A stretch of DNA of 64,000 nt from Candidatus Giovannonibacteria bacterium (GCA_016432405.1 CP066687.1:42456-106455), one strand, 5' to 3'; positions 37,749-48,293 are shown, numbered from the stretch's first letter. Notes: generated by a model not told the origin, from the sequence alone. Made by a program: numbers and translations.

Positions 37749-38936
37749 TTATCTCATTTTTTTAACAAATCCATTTTGTTCCAGCCAATCAAATTTTTGC
37801 GCCAATATCTCGTCTGATCTTTTGTCCCCAGTTTTATATTGGCCTCTCGTAAATACATAAGCTTCAACTGTCGTTCCCATATCTTCTGCGGGATTCACTG
37901 ACGCATAGGGACTTACTAAATCTGCGCTTAATAATTCTGGCAACGCAAAACCCTTATTTTCCCTTTTAGACGTTTCGTAGAGGTTTCTCCATTCTGTGTC
38001 TCCATCAAAGTTATTGAATTTTTCTGCTGTAAGAGCATGTGATAACTCGTGAATCGTTGTCCTTTCAAACTCTGTTTCAAACCTTGTTTTTTGACCAGAT
38101 ATTACTTCATAAAAATTTTTTTTATTTACATCATCTCCCAATAAGAAGACTCCATCAACAAATTTATTGTTATGTGCCACAAAGCCCCTACTTGTTCCAA
38201 CACCAGCTACCTTACTTACTTCGTCCATGGCCGCTCTATTTAATATAGAAACAGGTTTTTTTAACGATTTATAATTATTCGGCATTATATCATATACTCT
38301 ATTCAATGCCTCTTGGATTTTTTGCTCTGTTGCTTTATCGAATTGCCCATTAGCCACAATCATCTTTTTTCTATTGGAGAAGTCGGCGGCCGCGGTTGTT
38401 GGGCGGAGGGCTGTATTTGTGGGGGGCTGTGAAGGCAAAATAATATTTTGCGGAGGCGGCGGTTGCAGAATGTTTGGTTTATAACAAGTCCACTCCTTGT
38501 CTGTAATATTATATTTACACTCCTCCGTTGCGGCGCAAAACTTGCTGCTTTGCCCTGGCGGGCAAGCAGGACCCGCGGGCAGTTCTTTAATGTTTAGTTT
38601 CAAATTCACCAAGTCGGGGTTTATTGTCCATAAAATTAACCACGAGGCCAGCGCGAGGAGCAGTCCCAAAATCGCCTGGATGATGCGGTCTTTGGCGTCC
38701 GCTTTGGCGTCCACGGCTTCGGATATGGCGTATTCAATCCCGCCGATGGTTATCATCACAACTGCCAAAACCGCGGCAAGCCCCAAAATAAAAGGAATAA
38801 TCCTCCCGACGTATGTCGGGAAGTCGCCCACGCTTTGGCCGGTATGGGGCAGCGGCTGGAGCAAATTATAATCAGCGGCGAAGGCGAACGCGCCGGCGAA
38901 GAGGAGAATTGCGATAAATAAAATTTTTAATTTCAT
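37749..38936 (-). CDS. VirB2/TrbC-like pilin fused to a zincin-like metallopeptidase domain
   Basis: LAVVMITIGGIEY...AKDRIIQAILGLLLALASWLILWTINPDL pilin core; HELSH and SPYASVNPAED. Confidence 0.75.
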   Translation of the reverse strand: MKLKILFIAILLFAGAFAFAADYNLLQPLPHTGQSVGDFPTYVGRIIPFILGLAAVLAVVMITIGGIEYAISEAVDAKADAKDRIIQAILGLLLALASWLILWTINPDLVNLKLNIKELPAGPACPPGQSSKFCAATEECKYNITDKEWTCYKPNILQPPPPQNIILPSQPPTNTALRPTTAAADFSNRKKMIVANGQFDKATEQKIQEALNRVYDIMPNNYKSLKKPVSILNRAAMDEVSKVAGVGTSRGFVAHNNKFVDGVFLLGDDVNKKNFYEVISGQKTRFETEFERTTIHELSHALTAEKFNNFDGDTEWRNLYETSKRENKGFALPELLSADLVSPYASVNPAEDMGTTVEAYVFTRGQYKTGDKRSDEILAQKFDWLEQNGFVKKMR

Positions 38937-39916
38937 AATTCCGCTTTTATATTTAATCTGCCCTCGGCGTTTTGAAACAGCGCCTTCGCGTCTTTGATGG
39001 TTATTGAAACGTCCGCGGCCGACTCGGCGCCAGCAGGCGCCTCAAGGTTTAAAAGTCGGGGATTCCCGGCGTCCGGGTTGATTTTTTCTCCGTTCGCTCT
39101 CCAATCAAACCCTGCGCGCGAGAGGGAATCCAGGCCAAAATAAAACGGCTCCGCCAAAATTGAAAATTGCTCGCCGGCCCGGGCGAAAAACGACGAGAGC
39201 GCCGAGGAGCCCTGTCCTGTAAGCGGATTTGTCTTGTAGAAAACTATCTCCGGGGCGGCTGTTTTAAAGCGCGCGGTTTTGCCCGTGAAGATTTCGTTGT
39301 CCGCCGCGCTGACCCGCAGAGAAATTTCGTATTCGCCGCCGCGTATGTCCGCGAGCCGCAAGAGGAGTTTGTTTCTCCCCCCGCCGGATTGGGACAGAAG
39401 CGGTTTTCTGTCCAAGGACCATTCGTAAATCAGGTTCTGCGGTTTGAGTTTTGCGCCGTTTCTGAACAAATGCGGCACGGCGATAATTCCAACTTCGCTT
39501 CCGGGTGTTGCTAAAGCGGCTCCGCGGTAGAGCAGTGGAGTATGGGTTAAGGGATGGACAACAAAATCTATATCGGCCACGTTGATATTTGCGCGCGCCT
39601 CGTAAAAAAGCCCCTCGACAGAAGCCACCTCCACTATTATATTCAGCTCCGTTCCGAGTTTGCCCGCAGTGAAAGTTTTTTCGGAGAGTCCCACTCCGGA
39701 ATCAACCTTTTTGCCACCCAGAAACCAGGCGAAACTAGCCCTCCGCCCATCAAAGGCGAATGAGCGCGCGGTTACGGTCACAGCGCTTCCGGCGCGCGGG
39801 GACTGGGGCGAAACATTTAGCGTGAAATCGTTCGGTGAGGAAAAAGTTTGCGCGCCCGCGCCCCCCGCGGCGGCCAAGAAAATAGCGAATATTAAATTTT
39901 TGTAAAAAGTTTTCAC
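38933..39916 (-). CDS. Secreted Ig-like beta protein
   Basis: Signal peptide; repeated VSPQSP...AWFLGG and YEWSLD modules. Confidence 0.65.
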   Translation of the reverse strand: MKTFYKNLIFAIFLAAAGGAGAQTFSSPNDFTLNVSPQSPRAGSAVTVTARSFAFDGRRASFAWFLGGKKVDSGVGLSEKTFTAGKLGTELNIIVEVASVEGLFYEARANINVADIDFVVHPLTHTPLLYRGAALATPGSEVGIIAVPHLFRNGAKLKPQNLIYEWSLDRKPLLSQSGGGRNKLLLRLADIRGGEYEISLRVSAADNEIFTGKTARFKTAAPEIVFYKTNPLTGQGSSALSSFFARAGEQFSILAEPFYFGLDSLSRAGFDWRANGEKINPDAGNPRLLNLEAPAGAESAADVSITIKDAKALFQNAEGRLNIKAEL

Positions 39917-40365
39917 GATTTTTTAAATGATGCCAATTTGGCTAATTTTCCCAAAGTCGGCATGTGCCCGGAAAATTCAAAAATTACGGTAAGCGCCGCG
40001 AAAGCCGTCCAGCCGGGCAGGGAATTTACGAGCGGCAAAATCTCAATCCCCATCGCCCCAATCAGCGAGAGCAGTGTTTTGAATCCCTTGCTTTCATACA
40101 TAGACATCCCCAGCATTTTAAGCCACACGTAGAATAAAAGCAGCGCGAACACATCTATTATCCAGTTTACCACCACTCCGATGATGATTAAGGTCAGGAA
40201 TAATTGCAGCCCGTCTATCAAAAGCGCGGTCAAAACCAACAAAACTGCGTTAGGAACGCTTAATTTCGCGGCTTCGGTCGTCGCGGCTTTGGCCGGCGCG
40301 GTATTTTGCATGCTCTCATTCCGGGCTTGCTGGAGGTCTGCGTAATTTGTTGCGGTTTCTGCCAT
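39913..40365 (-). CDS. Membrane protein of the T4SS-like locus
   Basis: Multi-TM, EILPLVNSLPGWT. Confidence 0.7.
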   Translation of the reverse strand: MAETATNYADLQQARNESMQNTAPAKAATTEAAKLSVPNAVLLVLTALLIDGLQLFLTLIIIGVVVNWIIDVFALLLFYVWLKMLGMSMYESKGFKTLLSLIGAMGIEILPLVNSLPGWTAFAALTVIFEFSGHMPTLGKLAKLASFKKS

Positions 40366-40368
40366 AAA

Positions 40369-42183
40369 TTATGTTTGTTGCTGGCTAAAATCCTGTTTTG
40401 CTTTTTTAATCGCCAAAAGCTGGGCAGGGTCGGAAGTAATTAATTGGTCTTCGGTGTAGGAGGCCAAAATTTTAATTGCCACGTGCTTGAGTCCGGCGAA
40501 AAACAAACCCTCGCCGACGTCGGATTCCAAAAGCAAAAACTTTTCTTCCTCGGTAAGATTGAAATTCTGCTTCAGAACTTCTATTGACGCCGGGGATTGG
40601 CGGAGCAGTATCTGGATTGAAGAGTTGGTGATTAAGGGCTTCCCGTAGGGAGAATTCAAAAAGTCGCCAACATCCTGTGTAATGGTGGCAACCCCCAGAT
40701 AATATTTTCTCGCCCGCTTGGCGATGCCGTAGAGAAACGACGCTCCGTCCTCGTTTTTCATAATCCACCATGCCTCGTCCACCACCAAAATTCTTTTTTT
40801 GAGCTCTGCGCGGACGGCGCTCCAGATGTAGTTGATAATCAGATACATCGCCACCGGCCGAAGCTCGTCTTCCATGTCGCGCACCGAGAAAACCGCCAGC
40901 TTTTGGTTTATATCAACATTGGTCGGCTGGTTGATGAAACCAGCCCAGGTCCCTTTGGTGAATTTTCGGAGCCGCTGCGCTAAGGACTCCCCGCCTTCCA
41001 TATTCGCGAGTACCAGCTCCAAATCGGAAAGTATCGGCGGGACCGCTTTTTGAAAATCGGAGTCGGTGGTTATGTCGCGCGAAGCATAGGTCTCGGTAAT
41101 AGCCCGGTCAATCACGGCGTCTTCTTCCGGCGTCAGCCCGCCGAGCATTATCCGAAAAAGCCCCACCAGGTTTATGATGTGCGAGCGCAGGACGTCGGCC
41201 GGAGACTCGTCCTCCCGGGGCGTCGGCAAGTCAAAAGGATTTATGTGGTGGTGCGAGGTCAGGGATATGTTGAAATATCTTCCGCCGACCGCCTCCGCCA
41301 GATATTCATACTCCCTCTCCGGGTCTATGACTATCACGTCCGTTTCAAACATCAAGGAGCGCAGAATTTCCAGTTTGGTCGCGTAGGACTTTCCGGCTCC
41401 GGCCTTGGCGAAAATAACCGAGTTGTAGTTTTCCAGAGAAAACCTGTCAAAAAGCACCAAAGAGTTGTTGTGAGAATTTATGCCGTAGAGAATTCCTTTG
41501 TTGGAAGTAAGGTCAAAGGAAACGAACGGAAAAATGCTGGACGCCGGGGATGAGTTTAAAAAGTTGTTTACCGCCAGCTTGTCCGTTGCCTGCGGGAATA
41601 CGGACCCCAGCCCTTCTTTTTGCTGGAAGAGCGCCGGCTTGGCGTAGACAAGACGCGACTCCAGCATTGATTTTATCTCCGCTTCCACCTTATCCAACTC
41701 TTCCATTGTATTGCCGTAGACGGCGACATAAAGCCCGAAGTTAAAAAGCCGTTCCTGCGCCTGCTGAAGCTTGTCCCGCAGTGATTCCAGATCCTGGAAA
41801 GCCGTGTCCAAAACCGGGTCACGCACCAGTCCTTTTTCCTGGCGGATGGCGATTTGCGACTGCACCTCGGCGACTTTTCTCTGGAGTTTCCGCAGGACTG
41901 CGGCCGTGTCAACCGGATGGATGAAAATTGATACGTCAAAAACCTTGTCCAGATTTATCACGGGGCTGAACCAGTTTGAAGACAAAAATCTCGGGAGCGC
42001 GAAGACGAAAAGCGTCCGCATCAGTTTTTCCCCAAGCCGCACGTTGTTCGCCGCCACCTCCAAAGCGGCCGGCGCAATGATGTCGCGGAGCTCCAAGGTT
42101 CCGGCGCGGTAAATTTCCTCCGGAAAAACCGGAGTTATCTCCGCCGGCTTTTCTTTTTTTCTAAATATATCTAATAGCGCCAT
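40369..42183 (-). CDS. virB4: VirB4-like ATPase
   Basis: FAKAGAGKSY, VIDPEREY, INPFD, VVDEAW, RARKY, TQD. Confidence 0.9.
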   Translation of the reverse strand: MALLDIFRKKEKPAEITPVFPEEIYRAGTLELRDIIAPAALEVAANNVRLGEKLMRTLFVFALPRFLSSNWFSPVINLDKVFDVSIFIHPVDTAAVLRKLQRKVAEVQSQIAIRQEKGLVRDPVLDTAFQDLESLRDKLQQAQERLFNFGLYVAVYGNTMEELDKVEAEIKSMLESRLVYAKPALFQQKEGLGSVFPQATDKLAVNNFLNSSPASSIFPFVSFDLTSNKGILYGINSHNNSLVLFDRFSLENYNSVIFAKAGAGKSYATKLEILRSLMFETDVIVIDPEREYEYLAEAVGGRYFNISLTSHHHINPFDLPTPREDESPADVLRSHIINLVGLFRIMLGGLTPEEDAVIDRAITETYASRDITTDSDFQKAVPPILSDLELVLANMEGGESLAQRLRKFTKGTWAGFINQPTNVDINQKLAVFSVRDMEDELRPVAMYLIINYIWSAVRAELKKRILVVDEAWWIMKNEDGASFLYGIAKRARKYYLGVATITQDVGDFLNSPYGKPLITNSSIQILLRQSPASIEVLKQNFNLTEEEKFLLLESDVGEGLFFAGLKHVAIKILASYTEDQLITSDPAQLLAIKKAKQDFSQQQT

Positions 42184-42184
42184 T

Positions 42185-42847
42185 TTATTGCAAGGTCGGG
42201 GGCTTGCCTTTATCCAGCTCGCCCGGATTATAAAGCCCGTAAAATAATTCTATCAGCTCCTCGGTGTTAAGCGGCACCGCTCTTACGCCGGCGCGCACGA
42301 GCCCCTGGATTACGCTGTCCGCCCTTTGCCAGAGCTGGTTTTTGTATTCCTCAAATTTGTCCTGGGTTAGCCCCGCCCCTTTCTTGGATTGTTTTGTGCC
42401 CAATAAGCTGCCTATGCCGCCCAATAATGTTGATACTCCTTCCTTCGGAGTCTGAAAAAGGGGCGGGGTGAAAGGAACGACGGCGTAGAAATTTTTGGTG
42501 ACAACGTTTGCGGCCCGAACGAAGGCGCGCACAAATTCTATATATTCGGCTATCTGGATTTTTAAAAGCTCGTTGGGCTGCCTTGCCTCGGCGGCTTTCA
42601 GGGTTTCAATGTAGGGCTCAATGTTAAGTTTGCGCGACTGGATGAAAAATTGCACGGAAAAATCCATCGCGTTCAAAAAGTTCTGGTATTGCAAAATTAC
42701 CGCCGTCTGCTCGTCGGCGCTCTTTAAGGCAAAATTCAAGGACGAGGCCATAAGCACCGCCCGGAGCGAGCCGTCTTTTAGGACAAGGACGCCGTCCCTG
42801 ATTTCCTGTATGTCCAATATTTCCTGTGATGCTTGCGCTTGAGGCAT
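42185..42847 (-). CDS. TraC/VirB4 N-terminal-like protein
   Basis: EIRDGVLVLKDG, SLNFALKSADEQ, LNTEELIELFY. Confidence 0.75.
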   Translation of the reverse strand: MPQAQASQEILDIQEIRDGVLVLKDGSLRAVLMASSLNFALKSADEQTAVILQYQNFLNAMDFSVQFFIQSRKLNIEPYIETLKAAEARQPNELLKIQIAEYIEFVRAFVRAANVVTKNFYAVVPFTPPLFQTPKEGVSTLLGGIGSLLGTKQSKKGAGLTQDKFEEYKNQLWQRADSVIQGLVRAGVRAVPLNTEELIELFYGLYNPGELDKGKPPTLQ

Positions 42848-42868
42848 TGGTTTATAGAATTTCTAATT

Positions 42869-43273
42869 TCATCTCTTTAATTGCTTTTGAATATCCAGCG
42901 ACCAGGACAGGTCTTGTAATTTGCTTTGGGTGAGCTTTGGAGCCCCGCCCGGCTCCGAAGGTTTCTTCCCGCCGGGCGGGATCGATAAGCTGGGCGGGGT
43001 TTTCTTCCATAAATATAATCTCGCCGAAGAAGAATAATTCAATGCGGCCGCGAGCACTTTAATAAACGGCTGGCCGTTTATTTTCAAAAACGCCAGCGCT
43101 CCAGTGAAAGCAGCCACCGGCGCGCCCAAAAATATAACCAGCCAAAGCTGAAGATAAACATACATCAAAAAAATAATCGCCGCACCGCCCAGCATGTAGA
43201 AAAACTGCTTTGCGGTCAAGGGACCGAAAATCTTGTCTTCTATGTCTATAAATTGCGGAACTTGATGCTGCAT
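42869..43273 (-). CDS. PrgI (VirB3-like) family protein
   Basis: VPQFIDIEDKIFGPLTAKQF followed by two TMs. Confidence 0.85.
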   Translation of the reverse strand: MQHQVPQFIDIEDKIFGPLTAKQFFYMLGGAAIIFLMYVYLQLWLVIFLGAPVAAFTGALAFLKINGQPFIKVLAAALNYSSSARLYLWKKTPPSLSIPPGGKKPSEPGGAPKLTQSKLQDLSWSLDIQKQLKR

Positions 43274-43274
43274 A

Positions 43275-43904
43275 TTATTCTATTTGTTCTCTATAAGGGT
43301 CTTTCTCGTATTGTGGCTTCTGCTTTGGCGCCGGGGCGTTTAAATCTTTCTCCAGCGCGCTTTTGGCGGCAAGGTGGTTCGGCGGCAACGGTTCTTGTTT
43401 GGCCGGCAAGATGTCCGGTACGACCTTTGCAAATTCCCCGACGGGCGGGGGGATATTTTTTACGAAAATTGACGGGATTACCTCCCCTTTGTCCCCTCCT
43501 TGATAAGGAGGGGGCGAGGGTGGTGTGGGCGGCGCGATAATATCTTCTCGCTTGGGGAGCGGCTTTAGAACACTTCCCCCCAATCCATGAATTTTCTTCA
43601 GCGACTCCCGCACCGGCTGGAAAACTTTTTGGTTGATTTCTTCCGCAATCGCCCGCGCTTTCTCCGGCGCGACCCCGAGCCGCCCCGTCAGATTTTTTAC
43701 GTACTCCGAAGGCGGAGTGACGCCGAGCATCACAAAGCCGGTTTCTTCGGCAAGCTCCCCTATTTTATCAATCGCGAGCCCGAATTTTTTACCGGCATCC
43801 GTTATTGCATTGGAAAAAAACGAAGACACTAAGGCTTTCTGGAGGTCTTCGGGGAGCTCCTGATATTTTGCGATTATCTCTTCTTGTTTAATTTGCGCAG
43901 TCAT
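43275..43904 (-). CDS. Hypothetical protein with Pro-rich tail
   Basis: LPEDLQKAL, ETGFVMLG, INQKVFQPVRESLK, DPYREQIE. Confidence 0.7.
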   Translation of the reverse strand: MTAQIKQEEIIAKYQELPEDLQKALVSSFFSNAITDAGKKFGLAIDKIGELAEETGFVMLGVTPPSEYVKNLTGRLGVAPEKARAIAEEINQKVFQPVRESLKKIHGLGGSVLKPLPKREDIIAPPTPPSPPPYQGGDKGEVIPSIFVKNIPPPVGEFAKVVPDILPAKQEPLPPNHLAAKSALEKDLNAPAPKQKPQYEKDPYREQIE

Positions 43905-43908
43905 ATTT

Positions 43909-46893
43909 TTAGCCGAATACTTGCTGGATAAATTGCTTTTCTACCGGCGACATAGCTTGCCGCGCCCGATCCCTTAGTTCAACTATCTGCTGGCCTAGCT
44001 CTTTGTTATTGTACTTGGTTTCAAACAGCCGGATTATGTCGCCGGGCGGCGCAGCCAAATTATTATTTGTGGCTTCTGCCAGCATTCTTTTTACGGCGTC
44101 GGCTTTGGCCGGAGTATCAATAAGGGAAATGAGCTGGGTAATGCCGCCGCCGCCTTTCCTCCCCGTCGGCCCGGGAGTTCCAAGGAAAGCTTGTTTAAAT
44201 ACATCCGTTTCTATGACCTTCGGTTGAGTTCTTTGCGCAATATCCCTGGGCGAGGTGTTTCGAATCTCCGTTGCAGCCCTTTCTTGAAAGTCCGGGCTGG
44301 CCGGATCGGCTTCGTCTATAAACTCAACCTTATCTATCGGGTTCAAATATCTTCGATACTTAGCATCAAGGCCTAACTTTTTAATGGCTTTGCCGATGTT
44401 CTTCACTTTGCTGCGGTCGGCTATGGTATTGATAAGCGCAACAATCTTATTCTCATCGCCGACTTTAACCAAGATTTCCAGATCTTCCGGAGGCATTGTG
44501 GCAATAGCCGTTTTAATTGCGCTTACCGGCTTTGAAGCGACGTTTTCAATGGCTGCTTCTTTGTGTGCTCTTTGCTCCCCGGCGCTGAATCTTGTTTGAA
44601 TAATATTTTGGGCCGCCGCCTTGTCTGCAGTTCCAACAAGGCCATCAATAAATCTGGCCTGCCCTTTAGCGTCTTTCTTGCGTAGCAATGCCTCTTTGTC
44701 GTCATCTTTAAGTTTGGGGAGTCCCGTGGTTGGGTCAAGCGCAAGCCACTCGTTTCTCTGTTCGTTCTCGGGCTTGCGTAAAATGCTGGCAACCTTGAAG
44801 CTTTGGTAATCTTTTGGAGCGAAGCGGCTGCGGATAACGCTTTCCGCGGAATCGCGCGCGGGAGCGCCCGGAGTGCCGAGCGAGTCCACGAACTCGGCTC
44901 TGTCTTCATCGCTCTTCATCTTGCGCAGCAGCGCTTCTTTATCATCTTCGGTGAAATCCGGTTGAGACCAAGCGGCTGTCTGCGTGCTTTTTGGCTGGCG
45001 CGCGACTTTGGCAACCTTGAAGCTTTGGTAATCTTTCGGGCTTAGCCGTGATTTCAATATATTTTCCGCTGACGTTGCGAGAGTCGGGTTAGTGGCCTCC
45101 AGCGAGCCAATAAAGTTGGCTTTTTCTTCGTCATTTAGGCCTTTCAAAATTGATTCCTGCGTCTGCGCGTCATAAGTCGCAAACCTCGCTTTCTGCTGGT
45201 CTAAAGGCATCCTTCTGAATTCTTCAAGATTAAATTTAGCCTGCTCGGCGGCTGAAAATTGCGGCGAGCGGAGAATGTTTTCCGCTATTGTTTTTTGGCT
45301 TCCGGTTAAGCTGTTTACAAATGTGGCCCGCTGTTCCGGCGTCATACCTCTCAACATGGCCTCTTTGCCCGCGCGATTAAGTTTTTGGAAAGAACTGCCC
45401 CAGGTGCTTTCGGCCTGCCCCAGCGCTGCTTTGGCCATGTTTTCTGCCTGCTCGGGCGCTTTTCCGCGAGCCGCTAGCCAGCCAGTTGCTTGGCGGGCAT
45501 AGTAGCCAAGCGTCGGAGATGCTCTAGTGATTCTCCCAATCGCTTGCGATTGCTGCAATCTCGCCCCAATCGGCGCCACTAAGCTCCTGGCCGCCACTCC
45601 TCCCACCACCCCCGTGAGCCATTTTCTGCCAGTAGTTGCCCAGCTTAGCGCCAAACTGCCTCCCATGCAGCCCATTTTTTTAGCCAAAAGTAGTGAGGCC
45701 AATAACATAACAACCGCTATTATGTTTAGCATGAGCACGGGCATAGATTTTATTGGTGCCGCGCTCGGCACAATTTTTGCTATTTCAATTAAAAAGCTTA
45801 TGCTTATGTAAAGCAGAAACATAAATGCCGGCAGAAAAAACGCCTGACACAGAAATTCTGCCCACCATGGTTTCCAGAGCCGGCTTTCTGTTTCCGGCAG
45901 CACGTAGGATATGAATGCGATTGGAGAAAGTATTAGTAGTAATATTAGCATAGCGCTTCGTATTAAGAAGAAAATTGCGCCGACAAAAAGTATAAAAATT
46001 AGTGGCACAAAAAAAATAGTTGTGCCTAAAACCTCGGAGAAATATAAGCTGGCTTGCGTAAAATCCAGGCCGGCTGAATTTTTTATGAAGTTGGTGGCAG
46101 CGCCCAAAAATCCGCCCCCGGCGATGCCAAGCGCTACTGGAATGGCCGCAGCGCAGGCGGTTACGGCGCAAACTATTCCTCCTCCTAAAATTCCTCCTAT
46201 GGTTGTAAGAACAGTGCCTGCCGAAAGTTGAGTCCACGATGATCCGTTGTTTGTAACTGCGGCCGCTTGGGGCGGCGAGTCAACGTTGAATAAATTTTGT
46301 AACTTCGTGCCCTCCATTATTTTTGTTGTCACCGCTACGGTGCCGTTGTTGGTTATGGCGTTATAAAATTGAAGCCCGAGTATATTTGCCGCATCAATGA
46401 TGACGTAGCCCATAGTTAAGCTAAAGTTTATAAGTAATGCGATAACAATGAGTTTTATGAGAAGGGCCTTGGCATTGTGGGTTTGCACGCGCAAAATCGT
46501 GGCAACGGCGATTGCCAAAAGTATAAGTATGAAAAACAAGTTGGCCACGTTTCTGGAAATATCCCAGCCGGCTTTAATCGCGGCCGATTGTCGCAAGACG
46601 GACAAACTGAAGACGAGCGATGCGTCAAAAGCAGTGCCCGCGATTGTCACCAGCCAAGAGAGAAAAAGAAGAATCGCCGTTATAACAGTATTCAAAGGCC
46701 AAAGCAGAAGCGCAGTGCCAATAGATGACGCTTTATTTACATAGCTTTGCTCAAAGGCGGTTTGTCCGGGAATTATGGGCGCTGGGCTTTGCGCCGCCAA
46801 TGCCAATGTTGCTACTGCGAAACTCAAAACCAAACTCAATAAGATTATTGAAACGAGCGGGATTTGGAGTTTTTTTGCGTTATTTAAAATCAT
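43909..46893 (-). CDS. VirB6/TrbL-like polytopic protein with long repeat-containing C-terminus
   Basis: GWDISRNVANLFFI, IALLINFS, SPIAF...LP...W...FFLP; helical repeats in the tail. Confidence 0.8.
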   Translation of the reverse strand: MILNNAKKLQIPLVSIILLSLVLSFAVATLALAAQSPAPIIPGQTAFEQSYVNKASSIGTALLLWPLNTVITAILLFLSWLVTIAGTAFDASLVFSLSVLRQSAAIKAGWDISRNVANLFFILILLAIAVATILRVQTHNAKALLIKLIVIALLINFSLTMGYVIIDAANILGLQFYNAITNNGTVAVTTKIMEGTKLQNLFNVDSPPQAAAVTNNGSSWTQLSAGTVLTTIGGILGGGIVCAVTACAAAIPVALGIAGGGFLGAATNFIKNSAGLDFTQASLYFSEVLGTTIFFVPLIFILFVGAIFFLIRSAMLILLLILSPIAFISYVLPETESRLWKPWWAEFLCQAFFLPAFMFLLYISISFLIEIAKIVPSAAPIKSMPVLMLNIIAVVMLLASLLLAKKMGCMGGSLALSWATTGRKWLTGVVGGVAARSLVAPIGARLQQSQAIGRITRASPTLGYYARQATGWLAARGKAPEQAENMAKAALGQAESTWGSSFQKLNRAGKEAMLRGMTPEQRATFVNSLTGSQKTIAENILRSPQFSAAEQAKFNLEEFRRMPLDQQKARFATYDAQTQESILKGLNDEEKANFIGSLEATNPTLATSAENILKSRLSPKDYQSFKVAKVARQPKSTQTAAWSQPDFTEDDKEALLRKMKSDEDRAEFVDSLGTPGAPARDSAESVIRSRFAPKDYQSFKVASILRKPENEQRNEWLALDPTTGLPKLKDDDKEALLRKKDAKGQARFIDGLVGTADKAAAQNIIQTRFSAGEQRAHKEAAIENVASKPVSAIKTAIATMPPEDLEILVKVGDENKIVALINTIADRSKVKNIGKAIKKLGLDAKYRRYLNPIDKVEFIDEADPASPDFQERAATEIRNTSPRDIAQRTQPKVIETDVFKQAFLGTPGPTGRKGGGGITQLISLIDTPAKADAVKRMLAEATNNNLAAPPGDIIRLFETKYNNKELGQQIVELRDRARQAMSPVEKQFIQQVFG

Positions 46894-48293
46894 GGATTTA
46901 CTGCCGGCGGGGCCAGGCACGCGGCTAAGTCGTCTTCGGCCTTTTTCTTGTCGGCGGCGATTCCGGCGTTTTCAAATTGGGCGACGCTCAAGCTCGCCGT
47001 TTTTGAAACGTCGGATTGGGTTTTGGTGAACGCGTCCTGGAATTCTTTTACCGTCTCGGCAAGCTGCATCGCCAGCTTGTCGTCTTTTAGTGTCTCTTTG
47101 AAAATGGTTTGCTCCACAATGTTATTTTCAACCCTTAATTTGGTTGTGGTCGCCGTTGATATTCGGTTGTCAATGGTGGCAATGGGCTCATTTTTGAGCT
47201 GCTTGCAAGCGCGGAGGTTTTGGAGGGTTTTAATCTCATCTGTCACGAGCGCCAGAGAGCTTTCTTTAGTTGTAATCACGCTTTCGGTCAGGAGAACCGC
47301 TTCGTCCACGTGCGAGACGATAATCCCGTTTCCTTTTATGGCATCCAAATCCTGCTGGATGCCGATGTTGCCGATGTTCGCTGAGCGGAGGCCCCCTTGC
47401 TGGAAGAAGAGGTTTTGAAGCAGGGTCTGGAGCGAGGCCATAAGTATCTCATTAAACGAATCGGCCAGATTCAGCTGTTCGATGTCCGCGGTCGTGGCTT
47501 TTGCGAGTCGGTTTTCAAGCCACGCGCCCGGGCTTACGGTTTGGCAGCGTTTTTTTGTTTCGGGCTCGTCATAGCCGCCGTCGGCCTCTATCAGCACGTC
47601 TTCGCATTCTTCAAGATTCAAAAATCCGCGCGCGGCGAGCGCTTCGTTAAGTTTCGCCTCCACGGCGATTGTCTGCCGTTTTTCGTTTTCTTCCAAAAGC
47701 CCCAGATACGCCCCGTAGGGGTTGTTCTGCACTTCCGTAAGCTGTATCCAGGTTGCCCAGCCGCCGCTGTTGAAATCATTGAAAAAATTCTGCAAATTTC
47801 CTGCGACCGCGGAAACCGTGCAGCGGAAGCGGTCCTGCAGAGGCCTTCTGCCGGTGTTGAAAATTATCCGAAGCTGCGGTGCGAAGGGCTCGCAGAGCCG
47901 CGTGAGGTTGAGTTCTTTTAAAAATACTCCGCTCGCCTGGTCGGCGGCGTCCAGAAGAAAATCCGACCAGTTGGTCACAAACAGCGGCCCGCCCCCCTGC
48001 CCGCCGGTGCGGATTAAATTGACTATCTGGTCGGTCATGTGTTTTACGAGCGTTTTGGCGAAAACCCAAAACATGCTGTTGACCAAATCCTTTTCTGTCC
48101 CGGCTCTTTCCTGAACCAAATCCGTGGGCACGGAGTCCTTTATCAAAAGGTCCAAAGCACCGCCCTGAAAGTCGTTTATATCAAATCCGGCTTGCACGTC
48201 CGTCTCGGCAATCGCGAAGCCCGGCAATATTAAGCTTGCCCCGAGGGCTCCGCTTAAGAAAACTGTGAATATTTTTTTTGCAAAAAATTTCAT
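46890..48293 (-). CDS. Secreted protein of the T4SS-like locus
   Basis: Signal peptide, GGWATW...NNPYG, Cys pairs, coiled-coil C-terminus. Confidence 0.7.
   Translation of the reverse strand: MKFFAKKIFTVFLSGALGASLILPGFAIAETDVQAGFDINDFQGGALDLLIKDSVPTDLVQERAGTEKDLVNSMFWVFAKTLVKHMTDQIVNLIRTGGQGGGPLFVTNWSDFLLDAADQASGVFLKELNLTRLCEPFAPQLRIIFNTGRRPLQDRFRCTVSAVAGNLQNFFNDFNSGGWATWIQLTEVQNNPYGAYLGLLEENEKRQTIAVEAKLNEALAARGFLNLEECEDVLIEADGGYDEPETKKRCQTVSPGAWLENRLAKATTADIEQLNLADSFNEILMASLQTLLQNLFFQQGGLRSANIGNIGIQQDLDAIKGNGIIVSHVDEAVLLTESVITTKESSLALVTDEIKTLQNLRACKQLKNEPIATIDNRISTATTTKLRVENNIVEQTIFKETLKDDKLAMQLAETVKEFQDAFTKTQSDVSKTASLSVAQFENAGIAADKKKAEDDLAACLAPPAVNP

Noticed and set aside
40369-46893. Conjugative element (ICE)
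   Set aside because: No relaxase, integrase or att sites seen; the locus resembles the resident CPR T4SS-like system
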